Made by a program: the position numbers and the translations under genes. The notes beneath the pieces were generated by a model. That model saw only the letters and a list, made by a program, of their open reading frames with translations, was not told the origin of the DNA and did not search any database. A DNA stretch of 64,000 nucleotides from Eledone cirrhosa. Lineage: Eukaryota. Shown here one piece after another: positions 37,660 through 50,840 of this stretch. Where the stretch lies: contig OZ024761.1 in the NCBI GenBank assembly GCA_964016885.1, positions 5,270,001 through 5,334,000 of the forward strand, read 5' to 3'. Positions within the stretch are counted from its first letter, which is position 1; the number at the start of each line of letters is the position of its first letter.

Positions 37660-40600
37660 ACTCTAACACCCCTCACTCACAGTACTAATGGCTCTCACTC
37701 ACAGTACTAACACCACACTCACATTACTAACACCTCTCACTACAGTACTAACACCTCACTCACAGTACTAAAACCTCACTCACAGTACTAACACCTCTCA
37801 CTCACAGTACCAACAGCTCTCACTCACAGTACTAAGACCTCACTCACAGTACTAACACCTCTCACTCACAGTACTAACACCTCTCACTCACAGTACTAAC
37901 ACCTCACTCACAGTACTAACTCCTCTTACTCACAGTACTAACACCTCACTCACAGTACTAACCTCTCACTCACAGTACTAACACATCACTCACAGTACTA
38001 ACACCTCTCACTACAGTACTAACACCTCACTCACAGTACTAACACCTCTCACTACAATACTAACACCTCACTCACAGTACTAACACCTCACACTCCCAGT
38101 ACTAACACCTCACTCACAGTTCTAACACCTCACTCAAAGTACTAACACCTCTCACTCACAGTACTAACACCTCTCACTCACAGTACTAACACCTCACTCA
38201 CAGTACTAACTCCTCTTACTCACAGTACTAACACCTCACTCACAGTACTAACCTCTCACTCACAGTACTAACACCTCACTCACAGTACTAACACCTCTCA
38301 CTACAGTACTAACACCTCACTCACAGTACTAACACCTCACACTCCCAGTACTAACACCTCACTAACAGTTCTAACACCTCACTCAAAGTACTAACACCTC
38401 TCACTCACAGTACTAACACGCCTCACTCACAGTACTAACACCTCACTCACACTCCCAGTACTAACACCTCTCACTTACAGTACTAACACCTCTCTCACAG
38501 TACTAACACCCTTCACTCACAGTACTAACACCTCTCACTCACAGTACTAACACCCCTCACTCACAGTACAAACAACTCTCACTCACATTCCCAGTACTAA
38601 CACTTCTCACTCACAGTAATAACACACCTCACTCACAGTACTAACATCCCTCACTCATAGTATAAATACCTCTCACTACAGTACTAACACCTCACTCACA
38701 GTACTAACACCTCACTCACTACAGCACTAATACCTCTCACTCATAGTACTAACACCTCTCACTCACAGTACTAACACCTCACTCACAGTACTAACACCTC
38801 TCATTCACAGTACCAACAGCTCTCACTCACAGTACTAACACCTCACTCACAGTACTAACACCTCACTCACAGTACTAACACCTCTCACTCACAGTACTAA
38901 CACCTCTCACTCACAGTACTAACACCTCACTCACAGTACTAACACCTCTCATTCACAGTACCAACAGCTCTCACTCACAGTACTAACACCTCACTCACAG
39001 TACTAACACCTCTCACTCCCAGTAATAACACCTCTCACTCACAGTACTAACACCTCACACTCCCAGTACTAACACCTCTCTCACAGTACTAACACCTCAC
39101 TCACAGTACTAACTCCTCTTACTCACAGTACTAACACCTCACTCACAGTACTAACCTCTCACTCACAGTACTAACAACTCACTCACAGTACTAACACCTC
39201 ACTCACAGTACTAACACCTCACACTCCCAGTACTAACACCTCACTCACAGTTCTAACACCTCACTCAAAGTACTAACACCTCACTCACAGTACTAACTCC
39301 TCTTACTCACAGTACTAACACCTCACTCACAGTACTAACCTCTCACTCACAGTACTAACACATCACTCACAGTACTAACACCTCTCACTACAGTACTAAC
39401 ACCTCACTCACAGTACTAACACCTCTCACTACAATACTAACACCTCACTCACAGTACTAACACCTCACACTCCCAGTACTAACACCTCACTCACAGTTCT
39501 AACACCTCACTCAAAGTACTAACACCTCTCACTCACAGTACTAACACCTCTCACTCACAGTACTAACACCTCACTCACAGTACTAACTCCTCACTCAAAG
39601 TACTAACACCACACTCACAGTACTAACTCCTCTTACTCACAGTACTAACACCTCACTCACAGTACTAACACATCACTCACAGTACTAACACCTCTCACTA
39701 CAGTACTAACACCTCACTCACAGTACTAACACCTCTCACTACAATACTAACACCTCACTCACAGTACTAACACCTCACACTCCCAGTACTAACACCTCAC
39801 TCAAAGTACTAACACCTCTCACTCACAGTACTAACACCTCTCACTCACAGTACTAACACCTCACTCACAGTACTAACTCCTCTTACTCACAGTACTAACA
39901 CCTCACTCACAGTACTAACCTCTCACTCACAGTACTAACACCTCACTCACAGTACTAACCTCTCACTCACAGTACTAACACCTCACTCACAGTACTAACA
40001 CCTCTCACTACAGTACTAACACCTCACTCACAGTACTAACACCTCACACTCCCAGTACTAACACCTCACTCACAGTTCTAACACCTCACTCAAAGTACTA
40101 ACACCTCTCACTCACAGTACTAACACGCCTCACTCACAGTACTAACACCTCACTCACACTCCCAGTACTAACACCTCTCACTTACAGTACTAACACCTCT
40201 CTCACAGTACTAACACCCTTCACTCACAGTACTAACACCTCTCACTCACAGTACTAACACCCCTCACTCACAGTACAAACAACTCTCACTCACATTCCCA
40301 GTACTAACACTTCTCACTCACAGTAATAACACACCTCACTCACAGTACTAACATCCCTCACTCATAGTATAAACACCTCTCACTACAGTACTAACACCTC
40401 ACTCACAGTACTAACACCTCACTCACTACAGCACTAATACCTCTCACTCGTAGTACTAACACCTCTCACTCACAGTACTAACACCTCACTCACAGTACTA
40501 ACACCTCTCATTCACAGTACCAACAGCTCTCACTCACAGTACTAACACCTCACTCACAGTACTAACACCTCACTCACAGTACTAACACCTCTCACTCACA

Positions 40601-42590
40601 GTACTAACACCTCTCACTCACAGTACTAACACCTCACTCACAGTACTAACACCTCTCATTCACAGTACCAACAGCTCTCACTCACAGTACTAACACCTCA
40701 CTCACAGTACTAACACCTCTCACTCACAGTACTAACACCTCACTCACAGTATTAACACCTCTCACTCACAGTACTAACACCCCTCACTCACAGTACTAAC
40801 ACCTCACTCACACTCCCAGTAATAACACCTCTCACTCACAGTACTAACACCTCTCTCACAGTACTAACACCTCACTCACAGTACTAACTCCTCTTACTCA
40901 CAGTACTAACACCTCACTCACAGTACTAACCTCTCACTCACAGTACTAACACCTCACTCACAGTACTAACACCTCTCACTACAGTACTAACACCTCACTC
41001 ACAGTACTAACACCTCACACTCCCAGTACTAACACCTCACTCACAGTTCTAACACCTCACTCAAAGTACTAACACCTCTCACTCACAGTACTAACACGCC
41101 TCACTCACAGTACTAATACCTCACTCACACTCCCAGTACTAACACCTCTCACTCACCGTACTAACACCTCTCTCACAGTACTAACACCCTTCACTCACAG
41201 TACTAACACCTCTCACTCACAGTACTAACACCCCTCACTCACAGTACAAACAACTCTCACTCACATTCCCAGTACTAACACTTCTCACTCACAGTAATAA
41301 CACACCTCACTCACAGTACTAACATCCCTCACTCATAGTATAAACACCTCTCACTACAGTACTAACACCTCACTCACAGTACTAACACCTCACTCACTAC
41401 AGCACTAATACCTCTCACTCATAGTACTAACACCTCTCACTCACAGTACTAACACCTCTCATTCACAGTACCAACAGCTCTCACTCACAGTACTAACACC
41501 TCACTCACAGTACTAACACCTCACTCACAGTACTAACACCTCTCACTCACAGTACTAACACCTCTCACTCACAGTACTAACACCTCACTCACAGTACTAA
41601 CACCTCTCATTCACAGTATCAACAGCTCTCACTCACAGTACTAACACCTCACTCACAGTACTAACACCTCTCACTCACAGTACTAACACCTCACTCACAG
41701 TACTAACACCTCTCACTCACAGTACTAACACCCCTCACTCACAGTACTAACACCTCACACTCCCAGTACTAACACCTCTCTCACAGTACTAACACCTCAC
41801 TCACAGTACTAACACCTCACTCACTACAGCACTAACAGCTCTCACTCATAGTACTAACACCTCTCACTACAGTACTAACACCTCACTCACAGTACTAACA
41901 CCTCACTCACAGTACTAACATCTCTCACTCACAGTACTAACACCTCTCACTCACAGTACTAACACCCATCACTCAGTATAAAACAGCTCTCACTCACAAT
42001 ACTAACACGTCACTCCCAGTACTAACACCTCTCACTACAGTACTAACACCTCACTCACAGTACTAACACCTCACTCACAGTACTAACACCTCTCACTCAC
42101 AGTACTAACACCTCACTCACAGTACTAACACGTCACTCCCAGTACTAACACCTCTCACTACAGTACTAACACCTCACTCACAGTACTAACACCTCACTTA
42201 CTACAGCACTAACACCTCTCACTCACAGTACTATAACCTCACTCACAGTACTAACAGCTCTCACTCACAGTACTAACACCTCTCATTCACAGTACTAACA
42301 CCTCTCACTCTCAGTACTAACACTCCTCACTCACAGTACTAACACCTCACACTCCCAGTACTAACACCTCTCACTCACAGTACTAACACCCCTCTCTCAC
42401 AGTACTAACACTTCACTCACAGTACTAACACCCCTCACTCACAGTACTAACACCTCACTCACACTCCCAGTACTAACACCTCTCACTCACAGTAATAACA
42501 CACCTCACTCACAGTACTAACACCTCACACTCCCAGTACTATCACCTCCCACTACTAACACCTCCCACTCACACTCCCTGTACTACCATT
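37660..42590. repeat. 20-22 bp minisatellite, about 4.9 kb (roughly 230 units), with higher-order blocks
   Basis: Unit CAGTACTAACACCT(CT)CACTCA. Confidence 0.95.
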
Positions 42591-42627
42591 TCACCCCCAC
42601 TCAGCACCAACACCTTACACATCAACT

Positions 42628-42943
42628 TTGAGAGAGAAAGAACAGAAAGAAAAGAAGGAGAAAGAGGGAGAGAAGGAAAGAAAGGAAAGAAAGAAAGAGA
42701 AAGAACAGAGAGAGAAAGAAAGAAAGAAATAAGGGAAGAAAGAGAGAGAAAGAAAGAAGGAAAAAAGAAAAGAAAGAACAGAGAGAGAAAGAAAGAAAGA
42801 AATAAGGGAACAAAGAGAGAGAAAGAAAGAAGGAAAAAAGAAAAGAAAGAACAGAGAGAGAAAGAAAGAAAGAAATAAGGGAAGAAAGAGAGAGAAAGAA
42901 AGAAAGAAATAAGGGAAGAAAGAGAGAGAAAGAAAGAAAGAAA
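42628..42943. repeat. Polypurine (GAAA/GA-rich) repeat immediately after a HEATR6 donor
   Basis: Direct reading; source of the F/S/L-rich ORFs. Confidence 0.9.
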
Positions 42944-42958
42944 TATGTAGGAACTGAC

Positions 42959-43119
42959 TGAGAGATTTTTCTGAGACGAAGCAGAGTAAATTTCCCAAAG
43001 CTCGAACTCCGTTGGAACGTATCTTGTCGTTGTTTTGTGAGGCCTTCGTTGCCGTTTCAAAGAGTTTCAGGAGCAGAGTATCAGAGAAGTCCTCAATAAA
43101 CTGGCTTTCCTCGTTCTCT
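42959..43119 (-). CDS. HEATR6: HEATR6 exon (phase 2/1)
   Basis: ttgttaccAG / GTCAGT. Encodes ENEESQFIEDFSDTLLLKLFETATKASQNNDKIRSNGVRALGNLLCFVSEKSL (vertebrate EEFSGLLLLK..KDKVKSNAVRALGNLL). Confidence 0.93.
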
Positions 43120-43776
43120 CTGGTAACAACAAATTAAACAATCTCATTATTTGGCCACCAATATATCACGGTCATCATCATCGTTTAATGTCCATTTTCC
43201 ACGCTAGCATGGGTTGGACGGGTTGTCCCTGTGTGAGAGAATCAGGTCAGATGACCGGGTTTCACTAACACATCAACAATTGATATAAAACATCCCCACA
43301 ATAATGGGTTCTGATTTAGAGACAAGGCCAACAATTCTTGGGGAAGGGGAAAGTCGATTAAATCAATTCCAGTGCATTACTGGTACTTTATTTTATTGAC
43401 ATCGTGAGGATGAAAGGCAAAGCTAACCCCAGCAGGATTTGAAATCATAAAGGGCCGTAAATCTACGGCATGAAACATGGTGTCAAATGCTGCCCTAAAT
43501 ATCCCCACAATATTAACACTGTAATTCATCGTCTGTTCTTCCCTCTTTGCATGGGTTATACACATCTTTTCCAGCACAGCCCCACTGCGACCCTTTGTCC
43601 TCTTCTCTCTGAGGGTCAGTGTTTTGAGATCAGCTCACCACTTTTACCTAAGCCTTCCTTAGTCATTCTCTACTGCAGCTCCCTTCCAATGGGAAGAACT
43701 CCTGGCACACAATGATCATCATCCATACACATCAAATACCCATACCAGGTCACTCTTCTCTCTTGTACACTATATG

Positions 43777-45041
43777 TGAAGATTGGTTGAAAAGTTCATA
43801 GGTTGACTATAAAGGAGTGATGTTAGAGCTGTGAAATCTAGCAAGAAGTAGTTTCAACTCTTCTTATTAATAACTGTATTGTTTCTTACCAGCTAAACTG
43901 ACACCTGACACTTCAAAGGTAAATAGTAGAGACTTCTCTTGAAAATAAACAAATTTGGCAACATGGTGTTATCAAGTACAGGCAGAAAAAAGGGTTTAGC
44001 CCCCAAAGACATTCATGCTGACATGGTTGTTACATTAGGGGATGATGCTCCAGCTTTATCAAGAGTACAAAAGTGGGCAGTTGAATTTAGGAGGGGAAGG
44101 GAGAGTCTTGAAGATGACCCAAGGTCAGGACATCCTGCAACTGTCACCACCGAGGAAAACATTGATCATGTTCACAACATGGTGATGGATGGCAGGCGAT
44201 TGACTATAAATCAAATAGTCAATGTTATTAATATATTCCATGAGAGTTGAGAATATTCTGCACAATGAACATCACACACATCACGAAGGTTTCTGCTCGG
44301 TGGGTGCCACGTCTTCTGACACCAAATCAAAATCACACCAGGGAAAATCTGACATTGTTTGAGGCAGATCCAGCTGGTTTCCTTGAGCGTTTCTTAACCC
44401 AGGATAAATGTTGGGTTCATCACTTTGAACCAGAGACAAAGAGACAATCCATGCAGTGGAAACATCCCTCCTCACTTGCTCCAAAGAAAGCCAAGGTCGT
44501 TTCATTTCCAGGGAGGGTGATGGCCTCAGTTTTGGGAGATGCAAAAGGCATTGTGTTTATTATCTTCAAAAGGGCCACACCAACAATGTAGAGTATTATG
44601 CCAACTTGATGAGACAGGTATGAAAGGCTATCAAGACCAAACACCCAAGAAAACTGATGAAAGGGGTCTTGTTTCAACAGGGCAATGCTCCAGCACACAA
44701 GTCCTTGGTTTCAATGGCTGCTGTGTGTGACTGTGGCATTGAACTGGTTGATCACCCTCCCTATTCTTCTGATTTGGCCCCATCTGACTATCATCTGCTC
44801 CCCAACATTAAAAACACTAGAGTAGGAACCAGTATCACAGTGACGATGAGGTCATATCTGCTGCTGATGATGTTTTTTACCAACAGGATGAAAGCTTCTT
44901 CACCAATGAGATCCCAGCACTGCAACACTGGTGGAAGAAGTGTGTAGACTGCAAGGGAGACTATGTTAAAAAATAAACCTCATTTGGTCACATTCCGTGA
45001 GAGCATCTTGGTTCGCCTATGAACCTTTCAGCCGACCCTCG
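43777..45041 (+). mobile_element. Full-length decayed mariner transposon (about 1.27 kb), transposase pseudogene
   Basis: Imperfect TIRs (..TGAAAAGTTCATAGG / CCTATGAACCTTTCA..), TA at the right end. WVPRLL, TQDKCW, QQGNAPAH (second catalytic D lost) and YSSDLAPSDY motifs; frameshifted. Confidence 0.92.
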
Positions 45042-45452
45042 TATGAGCTCAGTAGCTCCAACTGAATACTAACTTGGTCGGTGAATATCTATCCAGCCCT
45101 TGCTAGCAAAGAAGGACATTATATGATGTAACTACCTGTCCAGCCCTTGCTAGCAGGGAAGAAGGACATATGATGATGATGTTTGTTTATGTCCTGTAAC
45201 CTAGCAGTAGGAAATTTTACAAACTAAGTACTGGGGCCGATACGATCAAATAAACTTGTTTGAAGGCAGTGCTCCAGCATGGCAGCAGTGGAATGACTGA
45301 AAGCAATAGAATCAAAGGCAGTGCTCCAGCATGGCAGCAGTGAAATGACTGAAAGCAATACAATGAAAGGCTGTGCTCCAGCATGGCAGCAGTGGTATGG
45401 CTGAAAGCAATAGTAGTTATATATAGGTAATCAAAAATGTTAATTATCACAC

Positions 45453-45577
45453 CTGTTAATAGCAAGAGCATCACAGAAGTTAGCGAGGGCCCAGGTTGAT
45501 TTCATACGGACAGTGGTACTTTGGTCAGCAGCCAATGTTAGAATGGTGTGAGCAGCATCGGACATGAAAGAAAGATC
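45453..45577 (-). CDS. HEATR6: HEATR6 exon (phase 0/2)
   Basis: ttttaccAG / GTGTGA. Encodes DLSFMSDAAHTILTLAADQSTTVRMKSTWALANFCDALAIN (vertebrate DVIFVADAANAIL..VRAKAAWSLGNLTDTLIVN). Confidence 0.93.
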
Positions 45578-45667
45578 CTGGTAAAATAAGACAGAGAAGA
45601 CATATACAACAACAACAAGTGTTTTGATTTTTTTATACAAAACCATGTGAAATCATCTCTGGTTTTA

Positions 45668-45860
45668 TCATCATCATCATCAACATCATCACCCACGCTA
45701 GCATGAGTTAGACGAGTTGTCCTGCTGTGGGCAATGCCAGGTCAGGTGACCATGTCTTGCTCATACAGAACTGATTTTAACTTGGTTTCTACAGCTGGAT
45801 GTCCTTCGTAACACCAACCTCATTTACATTGTGAACTGGGTGCTTTTAGTCATGACACCT
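45668..45860 (-). mobile_element. SINE 3' part (same family as 14812), continuous with the 48-bp array
   Basis: (ATC)n tail then GGTTTCTACAGCTGGATGTCCTTC.TAACACCAACC. Confidence 0.75.
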
Positions 45861-48800
45861 ACATGACCACTTTACAGTGTGGACTAGGTGCTTTTTGTCA
45901 TGACACCTACATGACCACTTTACAGTGTGTACTGGGTGCTTTTTGTCATGACACCTACATGACTACTTTACAGTGTGTACTGGGTGCTTTTTGTCATGAC
46001 ACCTACATGACCACTCTACAGTGTGTACTGGGTGCTTTTTGTCATGACACCTACATGATCACTTTACAGTGTGTACTGGGTACTTTTTGTCATGACATGT
46101 ACATGATCACTTTACAGTGTGTACTGGGTACTTTTTGTCATGACACCTACATGATCACTTTACAGTGTGTACTGGGTACTTTTTGTTGTGACACCTACAT
46201 GATCACTTTACAGTGTGGACTGGGTACTTTTTGTCATGACACCTACATGACCACTTTACAGTGTGTACTGGGTGCTTTTTGTCATGACACCTACATGACC
46301 ACTTTACAGTGTGGACTGGGTACTTTTTGTCATGACATGTACATGATCACTTTACAGTGTATACTGGGTACTTTTTGTCATGACACCTACATGATCACTT
46401 TACAGTGTGGACTGGGTACTTTTTGTCATGACATGTACATGATCACTTTACAGTGTGTACTGGGTACTTTTTGTCATGACACCTACATGATCACTTTACA
46501 GTGTGTACTGGGTGCTTTTAGTCATGACACCTACATGACCACTTTACAGTGTGGACTGGGTGCTTTTTGTCATGACACCTACATGACCACTTTACAGTGT
46601 GGACTGGGTACTTTTTGTCATGACATGTACATGATCACTTTACAGTGTGGACTGGGTACTTTTTGTCCTGACACCTACATGATCACTTTACAGTGTGGAC
46701 TGGGTGCTTTTTGTCATGACACCTACATGATCACTTTACAGTGTGGACTGGGTACTTTTTGTCATGACATGTACATGATCACTTTACAGTGTGGACTGGA
46801 TACTTTTTGTCATGACACCTACATGATCACTTTACAGTGTGTACTGGGTACTTTTTGTCATGACACCTACATGATCACTTTACAGTGTGTACTGGGTACT
46901 TTTAGTCATGACACCTACATGATCACTTTACAGTGTGGTCTGGGTGCTTTTTGTCATAACACCTACATGATCACTTTACAGTGTGCACTGGGTACTTTTA
47001 GTCATGACACCTACATGATCACTTTACAGTGTGGACTGGGTACTTTTAGTCATGACACCTACATGATCACTTTACAGTGTGTACTGGGTACTTTTTGTCA
47101 TGACACCTACATGATCACTTTACAGTGTGGACTGGGTACTTTATGTCATGACATGTACATGATCACTTTACAGTGTGGACTGGGTACTTTTTGTCATGAC
47201 ACCTACATGATCACTTTACAGTGTGTACTGGGTACTTTTTGTCATGACACCTACATGATCACTTTACAGTGTGTACTGGGTACTTTTTGTCATGACACCT
47301 ACATGACCACTTTACAGTGTGGACTGGGTACTTTTAGTCATGACACCTACATGATCACTTTACAGTGTGTACTGGGTACTTTTAGTCATGACACCTACAT
47401 GATCACTTTACAGTGTGGACTGGGTACTTTTTGTCATGACACCTACATGATCACTTTACAGTGTGTACTGGGTACTTTTTGTCATGACACCTACATGATC
47501 ACTTTACAGTGTGTACTGGGTACTTTTAGTCATGACACCTACATGATCACTTTACAGTGTGGACTGGGTGCTTTTTGTCATGACACCTACATGATCACTT
47601 TACAGTGTGGACTGGGTACTTTTTGTCATGACACCTACATGATCACTTTACAGTGTGTACTGGGTACTTTTTGTCATGACACCTACATGATCACTTTACA
47701 GTGTGTACTGGGTACTTTTAGTCATGACACCTACATGACCACTTTACAGTGTGGACTGGGTGCTTTTTGTCATGACACCTACATGATCACTTTACAGTGT
47801 GGACTGGGTACTTTTAGTCATGACACCTACATGATCACTTTACAGTGTGTACTGGGTACTTTTAGTCATGACACCTACATGATCACTTTACAGTGTGTAC
47901 TGGGTACTTTTAGTCATGACACCTACATGATCACTTTACAGTGTGTACTGGGTACTTTTAGTCATGACACCTACATGATCACTTTACAGTGTGTACTGGG
48001 TACTTTTAGTCATGACACCTACATGACCACTTTACAGTGTGGACAGGGTACTTTTTGTCATGACACCTACATGATCACTTTACAGTGTGGACTGGGTACT
48101 TTTTGTCATGACACCTACATGATCACTTTACAGTGTGTACTGGGTACTTTTAGTCATGACACCTACATGATCACTTTACAGTGTGTACTGGGTACTTTTA
48201 GTCATGACACCTACATGACCACTTTACAGTGTGTACTGGGTACTTTTTGTCATGACACCTACATGACCACTTTACAGTGTGTACTGGGTACTTTTTGTCA
48301 TGACACCTACATGACCACTTTACAGTGTGGACTGGGTACTTTTTGTCATGACATGTACATGATCACTTTACAGTGTGGACTGGGTACTTTTTGTCATGAC
48401 ATGTACATGATCACTTTACAGTGTGGACTGGGTACTTTTAGTCATGACACCTACATGATCACTTTACAGTGTGTACTGGGTACTTTTAGTCATGACACCT
48501 ACATGATCACTTTACAGTGTGGACTGGGTACTTTTTGTCATGACACCTACATGACCACTTTACAGTGTGGACTGGGTACTTTTTGTCATGACACCTACAT
48601 GATCACTTTACAGTGTGGACTGGGTGCTTTTTGTCATGACACCTACTTGATCACTTTACAGTGTGGACTGGGTGCTTTTTGTCATGACATGTACATGATC
48701 ACTTTACAGTGTGGACTGGGTGCTTTTTGTCATGACACCTACATGATCACTTTACAGTGTGGACTGGGTACTTTTTGTCATGACATGTACATGACCACTT

Positions 48801-49527
48801 TACAGTGTGGACTGGGTACTTTTTGTCATGACACCTACATGACCACTTTACAGTGTGGACTGGGTACTTTTTGTCATGACACCTACATGATCACTTTACA
48901 GTGTGGACTGGGTACTTTTTGTCATGACACCTACATGACCACTTTACAGTGTGGACTGGGTACTTTTTGTCATTACACCTACATGACCACTTTACAGTGT
49001 GTACTGGGTGCTTTTTGTCATGACACCTACATGATCACTTTACAGTGTGGACTGGGTACTTTTTGTCATGACATGTACATGATCACTTTACAGTGTGTAC
49101 TGGGTACTTTTTGTCATGACACCTACATGACCACTTTACAGTGTGGACTGGGTACTTTTTGTCATGACACCTACATGATCACTTTACAGTGTGGACTGGG
49201 TACTTTTTGTCATGACATGTACATGATCACTTTACAGTGTGGACTGGGTACTTTTTGTCATGACACCTACATGATCACTTTACAGTGTGGACTGGGTACT
49301 TTTTGTCATGACATGTACATGATCACTTTACAGTGTGGACTGGGTACTTTTTGTCATGACACCTACATGATCACTTTACAGTGTGTACTGGGTGCTTTTT
49401 GTCATGACACCTACATGATCACTTTACAGTGTGGACTGGGTACTTTTTGTCATGACACCTACATGATCACTTTACAGTGTGGACTGGGTGCTTTTTGTCA
49501 TGACACGTACATGACCCCTTTACAGTG
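45835..49527. repeat. 48-bp minisatellite, about 77 copies; produces the 1233-aa ORF
   Basis: Unit ATGATCACTTTACAGTGTGGACTGGGTACTTTTTGTCATGACACCTAC. Confidence 0.95.
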
Positions 49528-49634
49528 GGAGGGTGGGACAGGGCATACTGTACATATGCTTTAGCTTTGGTCTGTGCCCACGAGAAGTCGGCTCTTCTGT
49601 ATTACTGCTTAACACCAGAGGCCTTGGTCATGTG

Positions 49635-50172
49635 ACATATGATACAGAACTATTTGTTTTTTTTATGTGTTTTTATTTATCTAAAAACCTTTAATCATAA
49701 TTTCATGTAAGAACCTTTGCTATGTTCCAACCACACCTGGTTTTGTGACACAGAACTATTTATGTTAAAGTGTTTATATTTATCTAAAAATCTTCCATCA
49801 TAATTTCATGTAAGTACCTTTGTTAAGTTATGATCCAACCACCTCTGGTTCTATGATACAAAACTATTTTAGAATGTTTATATTTATCTAAAAATCTTCC
49901 ATCATAATTTCATGTAAGAACCTTTGTTAAGTTATGTCCCAACCAACTCTGTTTTTGTCATACAAAACTATTTTTGAATGATTATATTTATCTAAAAACT
50001 TTTCTTCATAATTTCATTTAAGAACCTTTGTTAAGTTATGTTCCAGCCATCTCTGGTTTTGTGATACAAAACTATTTATAAATGTTTATATTTATCTCAA
50101 AATCTTCCATCATAATTTTATGTATGAACCTTTGTTAAGTTATGTTCCAACGACCTCTAGTTTTGTGATAGA
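49635..50172. repeat. Degenerate tandem repeat of about 120 bp, 4-5 copies, directly after a HEATR6 donor
   Basis: Recurring ATTTATCTAAAAATCTTCCATCATAATTTCATGTAAGAACCTTTGTTAAGTTATG; related sequence at 59190-59240. Confidence 0.85.
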
Positions 50173-50185
50173 ATCATGTACTTAC

Positions 50186-50308
50186 ATCGCGCAGGCAGGG
50201 CTGTAATACATAGACACCAATAGTTCGTACAGCAGAGGCCATCACCAGTTTGTCTCCTCCCATTGTCAGACCTAACACTGACGTTACACACAGGATACGT
50301 AGATGGCG
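50186..50308 (-). CDS. HEATR6: HEATR6 exon (phase 0/0)
   Basis: ttttgcAG / GTAAGT. Encodes RHLRILCVTSVLGLTMGGDKLVMASAVRTIGVYVLQPCLRD (vertebrate RALGVYVLFPCLRQD). Confidence 0.95.
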
Positions 50309-50840
50309 CTGCAAAACAAACAGAAAACAAACTTTAAAAATACATAAGAATTTTTCTACAATAATTGTTTCTACTGTTGGCACAAGGCCAGCAATTATCC
50401 CAGTGTATTACTGGTACTTTATTTTATCGACTCCGTAAGGATGAAAGGCAAAGTTAACCGCGGCAGGATTTGAACTCAGACCATAAAGGGCCGTAACTCT
50501 ATGCTGCAAAGCATGGTGTCTGACCCTCTACCTATACTGCCAATCCAAACAATTCTTCTACAATAATGGTATTTCACAGCCTGCAACATACATCGATCCC
50601 TTCAGTTCCAGCAACACTATACACCTCTTATCATCATGATAGTGGTGGATTGGCAGAATTGGTAGAGTGTCGAATAAAATGCCATTGCAGTATTTGTTGT
50701 GTAAGTTCAAATCCTAATGAAATCAATTTTGCCTTTCATCCTTTCGGGGGTTCCATAAAATACAATACCAGTTAAGTACTGGGGTTGATTTAATCCCCAA
50801 AATTTGCTGGCTTTGGGGCCAAGTTAGAAATGAGGATCAT

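Noticed and set aside
43939-44947. Functional or domesticated mariner transposase
   Set aside because: Split over at least three frames, and the second catalytic Asp is replaced (QQGNA)
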